Part shown: positions 11,130 through 20,469 of the stretch, in pieces
Layout of the letters: each line of letters begins with the position of its first letter
Numbering within the stretch: the first letter of the stretch is position 1
Origin: Rhina ancylostomus
Taxonomy: Eukaryota
Assembly: GCA_030265395.1 (NCBI GenBank)
Contig: JARFYF010000001.1
Coordinates: 60,507,996-60,571,995, forward strand
Reading direction: 5' to 3'
Length of the DNA: 64,000 nt
Translations under genes and position numbers: made by a program
The notes under the pieces: generated by a model
The model's database searches: none
What the model saw: the letters and a program-made list of their open reading frames with translations, nothing else
Told to the model about the DNA's origin: nothing

Positions 11130-12415
11130 ACACTATTGGAAATAGCTTACCTACTTCCTGTTGACAAAAAGTAGGATGTCCAATCTAAATAGTTCCCACA
11201 CAATCAGCCTACTTTCAGTCTTTACCAAAGGGACAGAGAGTGATATCTTACCCATAGTAATCTCACTGCTGTCCAGTTTTGTTTTGCCAGTTTCATCTGC
11301 CTCCAGACCTTATCACAGTCTTGGTACAGACATGGACCAAAGAGCTGAATTCTCAATGTGAGTTGAGAGTAACTGCCCTTGACATCAAGTTAGCATTATG
11401 CAGTCCTAATAAAACCAAAGGCAATGGGAAATTGGAGGGAAAANNNNNNNNNNAAATATTCCAGTAGTTGGAATTATACCTTGCACCCAGGAAGCTGGAT
11501 TAAATATCTGGAGGTCAATCATCCCAGCCCAGAACATTAATGTAGGAGTTTCTCACAGCAGTTTCCCAGGCTCAGCATCATAAGATCAGAAAAGGGGATG
11601 TTCACTGAGGATTGCGGCACATTCAGTTCTGTTTACAACAGCTCAGCAAATGAAGCAGTCCACACCTGCATGCAACAAGACCTAGACAACATTTGGACAT
11701 GGGCTGAAATGTGGCAGGTGACATTATGCCCCAAAGTGCCAGTCAATGATGGTTTCCAACATGGAAAGGTCTAACTACCTTCCCCTAATATTCAATGCTA
11801 TCACCATTGTTGAATTCCCACCATCCACATCCTGGGAGTCACCATTGACAAAAAACTCAACTGGACCAGTCAATTAAAGTTGAACAGGTCAAGTGCCAGG
11901 ATCTTACAGACTCACCATCTTACTTCCCAAAGCCCTTCTACAAGGGACCAGTCAGGAGTCTGATGGTTTACCTTCCACTTGCAGTGAGTGCAGATCCAAC
12001 AACACTTAAGCTCAACACCATCCAGAACAAAGCAACCTGCTTGACCAGCACCCCAATCTACCACCCGAAACATTTATGCCTTCCACCACTATTACACTGT
12101 CAGTGCACTGGATGCACTGCAAAATGCATTGCAATTACACATCTCAACCAAGCAACTCTGGCAGCCCTTTCCAATCTATTGACATGAAGGAGCATTGCCG
12201 ATATATGAGAGTGCCATCACCTGCTGCTTCCCTTCCAAGTTACATGTGGTCCTGACTTAAAAGCATCACCAACAGGTCTAAATCCTGGAACTCGTGACTC
12301 AATAGCATTGAGGACCTTTGCCAAAAGCACTAAACCAGCATAATCTCAAGGGCTATTAGAGATGGATAGTGAATTCTAGCCTTGCCAATGACACCCACAC
12401 AGACGTGAAAAAAAA
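11130..12415 (+). mobile_element. L2/CR1-group LINE, RT region plus 3' tail (degenerate)
   Basis: GGQSSQP..GVS..; MQQDLDNIWTWAEMWQV; ILGVTIDKKLNWT; tail CTCAAGGGCTATTAGAGATGG..CCTTGCCAATGACACCCAC then an A-run. A reverse copy of the 3' part lies at 47060-47470. Confidence 0.7.
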
Positions 12416-13374
12416 ATGCCAGTCTGTGTATCCTGATTGACATGTTTAATCTGTGTGATAAACTTCCTGAGTCCATGCCATATGTATTTACCAGAAGTGT
12501 GTTGGTTGTTCATGATTTTCCAGCCATTAATTTCAATGGATGGGAAGACATGGAGAACCTACTCATGATTTTCCATTATGCAGAGACATTTAAGGTTGTT
12601 TGTTGGGCAAAAATACTTTCAAATCTCAAATACTTTCATCCTTAACTGACTAAAGTAATTATTTGCCTGTGCATTAACCTTGCACTGCTAATACTTTAGT
12701 TCCCTTTTCAAATATATGCTCTGATGTAACATCTACCATTCTTTACTTTCCTTTGAGCTAACAGAAGGGGAAAATCAGAATTTCTTCTAATTCTTCATTA
12801 CAAAGATGTTTATAGGATTTAAGTGACAAACTGATCTATTATATAGAGAGTGTTCACTGGATTCATAATAATGTGAAATAACATTTCCTGAAAAATGTCT
12901 TTTTAGTGATAGTGATGTAAATATCTCAAAGGCAATACTGTCATTTTTTGAATGTCCTCCATGAGCTAATAATGACTTCAAAATAGGTTTTGTAACCTTA
13001 ACTACACACTGGGCCTTTTGATTTGATCAGCTTCACTTTAAATGGACCTTCCCATCGGATATCCAAAAAAAATACCTATATGAGACAATAGCCCCCTTTT
13101 AACTTAGACTAATGAAGTAAACAAAACTTAGATTACCGTTTCAGGTAGGAGCAGGTTAGAGCATGTTAAAATACTACTTTAAGGGATGTATCAATTGAAC
13201 CTTGTATGCAGAAAGCTTTTTAATTGTCAGGAGTAGACTAATGTGACATTGTTAATAAATTATCAAGTTAAGTGAAATAATTTAACATTTTTCAAAGTGC
13301 TATTTTGAGAATTTTTTAACATTACAAGTTTTTAAAAGTCCAAATATTTTTGCTGAATTGTACTCTCTTTGAAG

Positions 13375-13461
13375 GATGAACTGATCTACATGCTGCGAAA
13401 ACTTCTGTTGAATATCGGAGATATGCCTGCTCAGACGTCTCACATACTATTCAACTATCTG
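13375..13461 (+). CDS. UNC80: UNC80 exon 6 (DELIYMLRKLLLNIGDMPAQTSHILFNYL)
   Basis: ttgaag|GAT...CTG|gtaagt; 87 nt, phase 0-0. Confidence 0.96.
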
Positions 13462-13856
13462 GTAAGTATTAGTGGTGCCTTTATCATGTAAGATTGACCA
13501 TTCCTAAGCAATAATAAATTAAGCTTTAAGTATAAGCCATCCACTGTTAAATTTGATATTTTCAATTCATTTAAATTAAAGCTCTTTCCTATAATCTAAT
13601 AAATTGACAGCAGTTGACCACTCCTCCTCAATCATCTTCATGATGGAGCTATTTAATCAAAAATAGAACTTAGGAAGAAAGCTGCAAATCACATTGAAAT
13701 GACATTAATTTTTTAAAAAATCAATTACCTGAAGATGAGCTAATGACAGTGTGAGCATGGCCCTGGAAATATGTAGGATAGTCTTACCCTTAGGTTATCC
13801 AATTTACTACCATACTGAAATACATTCTGTTTTCATCATTTCCTGTTGCCTCACAG

Positions 13857-14040
13857 GTTGGCCTGATTATGTATTTTGTGCGCACCCCTTGTGAGTGGGG
13901 CATGGATGCAATCTCAGCCACTGTCACCTTTTTATGGGAGGTTGTGGTTTATGTAGAAGGACTTTTCTTCAAAGACCTGAAACAAACGATGAAAAAAGAA
14001 CAGTGTGAAGTCAAATTGCTCGTCACAGCCTCAATGCCAG
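13857..14040 (+). CDS. UNC80: UNC80 exon 7 (VGLIMYFVRTPCEWGMDAIS...VTASMP)
   Basis: tcacag|GTT...CCAG|gtaggt; 184 nt, phase 0-1. Confidence 0.97.
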
Positions 14041-14961
14041 GTAGGTGCACACCTACCTAACAAAAAGCAAGCAGTAACGAATGATGTGAAACATCTTTTT
14101 CTTGTTTCTAATTATTTTCAACTGCTTATGATGTTTGTGCATTTGCTGAAATAATAGAATGTTACTTAATAGTCACAAACTTTAGATTGTGACTTGGTTA
14201 CTGATAGTGTATCAAGTTTCTTTCTCTGCAATACTGTCACCTCTATATAAAATAAGCAGTCATAGTGTAATGTCAAGCCAAGCAGTCCTTTCCATAGCTT
14301 CAGATGAAGCTCTCTTAATGGTGATGTCTCTACCAGAAATGGATCTCTCAAGGCAGGAGTTCCGTATGTGGGTGATGGTCTAAAGATTCGTGGCTGCTTC
14401 ACTGACAAACACGTGCCTGAAAGGTGGCTGAGTGTCTCTCCAGTTACCCCACATCTCCTGCATGTCTTGTCCATTTTAGGCCTAGCTAAAGCAAGTGTAT
14501 TCTTGACGGTACATGCTTTCCATCTCAATAGCAGTGAAGTCACATAATGAAGTGTCTAAAGGATGAATATCCATTAATCCAGCTACGGGACCGGCAATCA
14601 TTCTTGTAATAAGAGACCTCGATTCCCTGATACCTCATTATACTCCATGCCTTAAATTCTATATCATGCCAGTTAATCCTAATGATCCTAACCTTTCCCC
14701 TGTTGAAGCTATTCCTTACCATATCCTCACAGTTGTCAAGCATTTAAAGTTCCCATATTTATCAATCAACAAATCCAAATGAATTCCAGCAAACTGGAAA
14801 CTCAACCCAACTTATTCCCCTGCTTTCTTAAAATAAGTATATTTCTTAATAATGGAAAGTGGGATCTGATTTCCAGTTTGGAAATTGCCAAACCACCATC
14901 CCTGTTTCTAGAATATAACAATCCATTGTTAATGCACTTCAGTAAGTGTTAAACATCATGA

Positions 14962-15360
14962 GAGGGTAGCATAGTGGTTAAGTTACTGGCTTGGTATCCA
15001 GGGGCACAGCACTGGTGACAAGTTCAAAACCTACCACAGCAACTGAGAAATTTATGAAGGCAAGCACAGTTATGTAGTGGTTAGCGTAAAACTGTTACAG
15101 CTCCAGCGACCCAGATTCGATTCTGTCCACTGTCTGTAAGGATTTTGTACGCTTTCCTCGTGCCTGCATGGGTTTCCTCTGGGTGCTCCAGTTTCCTCCC
15201 ACATTCCAAAGACATTCGGGTTGGGAAGTTGTGGGCATGTTATGTTGGCGCCACAAGCATGGCACCCTTGCAGGTTGTCTCCAGAACACTCTATGCAAAA
15301 GATACATTTCGATGTACGTTTCGATGTGTTTCGATGTACGTGTGACTAATAAAGGTATCT
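14962..15360 (+). mobile_element. tRNA-derived SINE head (14962-15055) followed by a V-SINE (15060-15360) with a Rex1-like tail
   Basis: A/B-box-like TAGCATAGTGG..GTTCAAAAC; V-domain GGGTTTCCTCTGGGTGCTCCAGTTTCCTCCCACATTCCAAAGAC; tail ..GATGTACGTGTGACTAATAAA. Confidence 0.75.
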
Positions 15361-15722
15361 TATTCCTTGATAAATTTCCTAATATCCTCATCTAATTTAA
15401 TTAAAATATTCTGAAATGCCTTATTTAAAACAAATGAATGGTAAAATCCAAAGATGAAGTGGATCTTAAATAATTCAACCTCCTGGGTCAGCTTAAACCT
15501 CACCCACAGAAGATTTTGACCCCATCCCTCGAGTTTACTGATCCATTCACCCGATGAACATCCTATCCAAGGATTGATTCTGGCGCCGAGGTACTTCTCC
15601 CAGTCACTAGGACTGACAAAATTAATAATTTCTTATTAAAAAGCCAGTTATGGGTGGTATTAAAAATAAAACTTTTGTTCTTAAAAAGCCATATAAAAAT
15701 GAAATTTTATTGATATTAACCT

Positions 15723-15990
15723 TTATTGATTTAAGTTTAGGGGTGGCACAGTAGCGTAGCTGTTAGCGTGACGCTATTACAGCGCCAGCGATTGGGGTTC
15801 GATTCCTGTCGCTGACTGTAAGGAGTTTGTACGTACTCCCGTGTCTGCGTGGGTTTCCTCCGGGTGCTCCAGTTTTGTCCCACATTCCAAAGACGTACGG
15901 GTAGGTTAACGTGGGGGTTTAAAATGGGCAGCGCGGACTTGTTGGGCTGAAAGGGCCTGTTACCACACTATAAGTAAAATTTTAAAAAGA
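15723..15990 (+). mobile_element. HE1-like V-SINE with CR1-type tail, inserted in R2; AACCT duplicated on both sides
   Basis: tRNA head GGCACAGTAGCGTAGC..GGTTCGATTCC; V-domain; tail GGGCTGAAAGGGCCTGTT; AACCT at 15718-15722 and 15991-15995. Confidence 0.85.
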
Positions 15991-17559
15991 AACCTCGAGG
16001 CCCGTTTTACAAAAATTCTCGAGGACCTTGAGATTTTTAGACATGCACATGTGAGAGCCACTCACAAGGGCCACATCATCAGCAAAAGCCAAAGCAGTAC
16101 AAAAAATATTACTTATCCTGAGGTAAAATCCTGAACCATCGCTAACCAATGAACAGAATGAGGTATCTATTACAATATTCAATAAAATAAGGGAAAGCAG
16201 GTCATCCTTAACCCCCCCTTCACAATAGTACCTGAATTTGCATGCAGATCCAATATAAGGTTCACAAAGTGGGCATCAACCCCCATCCTGCCCAAAGCCT
16301 TGAAACCTGGCTTGTGGTCGATGGAGTCAAAAGCTTCTACTAGATCTATAAAAACCACCACCATATCACTATGCTTCCTCTTGGCCCCCATCATTCGATT
16401 ATTTAGAATGTTAGTATTTTGATTACNNNNNNNNNNNNNNNNNNNNNNNNNNNNNNNNNNNNNNNNNNNNNNNNNNNNNNNNNNNNNNNNNNNNNNNNNN
16501 NNNNNNNNNNNNNNNNNNNNNNNNNNATTACACCCAGGGGTAGCCGCAACAAATCCTTCCTGATGAGCATGGAGGATTACCACAGTAGCTAATCTTTTTT
16601 GCTGAAAAATTGGTAAAAATACTCAATAAAACAGATCCAATGGCAGTGGGTTGCCAATTATCAATTCATTGTAGTTTATTGACAGTGTCAGATTTAGGAA
16701 TATGGACAGTCTGGCTTCCTTAATATTAGATGGAATTTTTCTACATTTGACCCAAAAGGAAAACATTTTGGCTAAAATATTGATTTCGATGTTCAGATTA
16801 AGGCCGCCCAGGCCAGCCTCAGTGTCCTTTCTAAAATCATCGACAGCATTTAAAATCCTGGTCACATTAGAATCTTGTAAGAGAAATAAAGTATTAGCAT
16901 GGGCTAAGCAGGGGCTAAATTTATTGATGTTTGCCTTGTTATCAAACACCATGAAGCAAGATCTAAAATGAGGCTCCAAATCTTCAATACTAATGGGACA
17001 ACCTACCTCATATGGGCTCCCCATCAGCTGCCTGGCTAAACTTTTCCTATCTTTCCTATACAAATCTTGCATTTCCTTAAATTTAGTCTTCCTAGCAGAG
17101 GAGTTATAGCCATTATTTTTACAGGCCCTACCATCCTCCTTATTCTTAACTTTGATCCTAGCTTCCTTTCTATTAGACAACAAGAGGCCTGCTACTGTCT
17201 CTAAAGTCTTAAAACACATGGCGCCAAGATCATTCCTGCCCAAAAGAATATCCACCTCACCAAGGAGCTGAGAGAGAGAAATTTTGTCCTGACTAAACCT
17301 ACTAACCGGATTATCAGTGTCCACACTATTTGGACCAGTGTCCAGATGAGATCTGTTCTTCCTTTGATCTTATCTCCAATGTGGTGTTATCATTAGGGTC
17401 AAGAATGATGCTAAGGCATATATTACCTGAAATGCCTTCTACATGAAAGAAGGCCTCACCAAATTTGCAGAAGATCTACATCAGATGATAACAAATTCAT
17501 CTTCTACAAGCTGACCATAACATTTTTCTACATGCCACCAAATAAGCTCTGGTTTAACA

Positions 17560-19020
17560 TTGTATTACACCCATTAGCAGATCTAATGACCAACTATCGA
17601 CACTAGTGACTTCATCAACCAACATCACATGGGATACTCAAGTAGCAACACTATAGGAGAACAAGTATCAAATTGGGCCTCCATGCATAACCTTAAAACA
17701 ATGCAAAGCAGCCTGCCACCTTCCATTCCTCTAGATAGGAAAAGGACTAGTCAACTGGTGTTTGTTTCATGACCCACGACAAGAGCAGATTGCTGATGTG
17801 CCCTTTCCAGTGCTGCCCATCTTCCTGTGTTCCAAGTATCATCCAAGTCTTATTTACATTAACCATGAGCAACTATCCATATAGCCGAACCCGCACTGGA
17901 GTCTGCAGTAGATACATAGAATCATTAAGCAAATCCCTCCCCTTCTGGAAAATTAGATTCACTTCACTTATCTTTTCATACTGGTAACTACCAGTAAATT
18001 CCCTGAAATTTTAGAAAACTTGCATCACTTGCTGGACCTCAGAGTGATCACCTTCTAGAAGAATGTAGGAAAAATGAAGGTTCTGACATGGTAAAAGTAC
18101 TCCACAACTCTCTTGATGGAAGAAATCTCATAAAACAGCAGGAAGCAGGGGAATACAATTTCCTCACACACTGAAGTCAAAAGGCCCGGGATTCTTGTTC
18201 TGTTTTGGAACAGCTGACCAACAACTACATCAGTAGCAAAGAATTATTGCTGAAACTATAACTTCACAGCTTTCAATATGCTGACATACACCAGCCAACA
18301 GGGGAAGTTTATGGACAGTACAGACTATCCTGATGCACTTTGTCAAGAATGTCCCATAGATTTTCCAAGTCCTTACACACAAAAGGAGCTGAGCAGTGAC
18401 CTGAAGGCAACCAAGTTGGGGATAGCTGCAAGAGTTGATGGAATGCACAGAATCCCTGAAGAACATTTGACTACAAGGAATGAAGTAACCAGAAAAGGTG
18501 TTTACCAACATCTGCGCACAGTCACCATTCCAAATATCTCATGTTAATCTGGGATCTGGATTGTTTAATGGTCATAACCAAGCCAGGGAGGCCACCAAAC
18601 AATCCACCAGCTACCACACCATCACCATCCTCTCAATAACTTCTAATGTTCTGGAATCTCTTCTGCTGAAAAGATTGAAGTCTATTCCAAAATAGCAATG
18701 ACCTATCATGGGCAGGTTTTGTACAGTTCCAAGCAGGTCCCATTTTCAACCTCTGTCATTGATCTTGAATTCTAGGATTACCTGAAGAAGGAGCTATGGC
18801 TGTTGACCTCTTTAATGACACACTATAGTTGTGCTGCTGAAATTCTTCAAAATCTTCAACTAATTATTTCCATGATCAGCAATTGACAGTTCTGGGAGCA
18901 CCATAAAGATTCAATCTGCCAGCCACATACAATCACTTATGGGCTCCTAAAGGGATTGATCTTGGCCTCAGCCCTCTTCAACCTCCTTCCATGCAAAATC
19001 GCTGCTCTTCATCCATGCAA
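17560..19020 (+). mobile_element. Degenerate APE-type LINE, Vingi/ingi-like (endonuclease plus RT)
   Basis: DF..HMGY..GEQVSNWASMHNL..QPATFHSSR; YTQKELSSDLKATKLG; SYHTITILSITSNVLESLLLKRL; YGLLKGLILASALFNL (decayed GLPQGSVLAP.LFN). Confidence 0.55.
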
Positions 19021-19929
19021 TAAAAACAGCTATCCACATAAATAATCAAATCAAAAAATAATGGGTAATGTATTAACTAGACAAGGCATATGAAAGATTT
19101 AAGATGGAGAATATATAAAATAGTAATTTTTATACTACTTGTAACAATTTCTAGTTAAATATTCTTAGTTATAATTACATTTTAAATTACTGGGATTATT
19201 CAAAACCTTTGTGTCTATGAATCTGGTTTGAATTGCTGCTGTTAATCTTGACACTGTTTTATGCTAATGATAAAAATCACTTCACTATTTGTTTAGTTTT
19301 GAGCTGAATAGGCACAAACCTTGAGGATAAAAGCAAATGATACAAATTGGACTCCATCTAAAATTGCAGAATAGGTCTGTATTCTTTTATGTGCAGTGGT
19401 TTGGAATCAAAGCATTTAGACACTGTTAATATACTTCCTATTCTACTGCTTTTGTTTTCAGCAAAAGATTTGTGGTGTAGGCCTTCCCCCCTTCCTTTTG
19501 TTCCGTTACAGTCCATATGCTTGCTTGGTGATTGTTGCAAAGGTCAAACTGCTAGGGCAATGTACAATTCTTTGCATACCTCTCAGTAGTACAAGAATTG
19601 CACTGATGTAATTTATTATCCATTTTAGTTGGTATGATGTATATTTCAAAGAATCTGATTGTTATAAGAAGTTTGTGGAACATTAGTGGTTTCTCTGTCA
19701 AAACTGATGTTGAGACTGGGATGTAAAAATTACTGGCATGTAAAATTTTATATGTATAATCTTAATTCCAATAATATTTGCTTAAGTTACTCAATGCAGT
19801 TGAATTGCATCAAGTGGATTACATCATCCATATCATTTAGTTGACTTCATGTTATTCCCATCATTTAAAAGTGAGAGCCTTTACTAATATCACCTTGGAG
19901 TGCACCATTCATCTTGTCAAAACAAATCC

Positions 19930-20010
19930 AAAATAAAACTCTGAAAATCTGACATGCTCCAGGACTTTTGTGCTTGACTAGCAGATTTTCCAGATTATTG
20001 GACATTACTC
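19930..20010. mobile_element. Possible left end of a Tc1/mariner (Tigger-like) MITE; putative right end at about 24010-24070
   Basis: AAAACTCTGAAAATCTGACAT resembles the reverse complement of ATGCTGGATTATTGGAGTTT at about 24045-24065. Confidence 0.35.
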
Positions 20011-20089
20011 TTAATAAGAGCCCAGCACACTTTTATTTTGCTTTTTTTTCCCACGTGTTACACAGAAGTACAAGAAGATAAAATAGCAA

Positions 20090-20412
20090 CATAAGAGACT
20101 ACAGGTGCTGGAATCTGAAGCAAAAATAGAAACTGCTGGAGGAACTTGGTGGGTCAAGCAGCATCTGCAGGGGGAAAGAATTGTTGATGTTTTAGGTCAA
20201 GACCCTGCATCAAGATTGAGAGTGAAGAGGGGAGATGGCTGATATAAAGAGGAGAGGTGAAGGGGTGAGACGGGAGCCAGTAGGTGGATCAAATAGTGCA
20301 AAGAATGATGAGCAGAAGGAGCTAGAAGCCAAAAATGGGAGGAGGACCAGAAGGAGGAGTGAGGGGATGGGAGCACATGAGGTAAGAGTAACCTGAAATT
20401 GGAAAACTCAAA
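20090..20412 (-). mobile_element. Penelope-like element 3' end
   Basis: Minus strand ..FEFSNFR (GIY-YIG-type ORF tail, recalled as NIEFSNFR), then a pyrimidine-rich UTR, a decayed hammerhead core TTGATGCAGGGTCTTGACCTAAAAC and the tail GTTCCTCCAGCAG. Confidence 0.65.
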
Positions 20413-20469
20413 CCTCTGCCAGAAATTTTTACATGCCTTTGCTTTCAGTGAACAGCTTCTCATCTTGAA

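Larger units (their letters stand above)
14160..17490 (-). mobile_element. Fossil R2-clade non-LTR retrotransposon (RT, CCHC, restriction-like endonuclease), interrupted by SINEs
   Basis: Colinear minus-strand motifs: KFKEMQDLYRKDRKSLA..CPI; HQEGF..PGC; VVFIDLVEAFDSIDH; ALAFADDVALVS (about 16075-16089); EKYLGARINPWIG (15561-15599); GLLYSRNRDGGLAI (14884-14924); NWHDIEFKAW..QGIEV..SRSW; CRRCG..ETLSHLSGTC (14410-14462); YIEVTV..SKVCDY. Confidence 0.85.

Noticed and set aside
15740-15812. tRNA-like sequence
   Set aside because: It is a SINE head followed directly by the V-domain, not a tRNA gene.
16426-16526. N gap inside the R2 RT, suggesting missing sequence
   Set aside because: ATTAC occurs on both sides and the protein joins directly (PGCNQNTNIL), so it is likely a placeholder gap. 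The gap at 22601-22700 behaves similarly.
16623-17324. Longest ORF (233 aa) as an independent antisense or domesticated gene
   Set aside because: It is part of the R2 fossil, with decayed motifs (TEAGLGG for SAPGPDG) and frameshifts on both sides.
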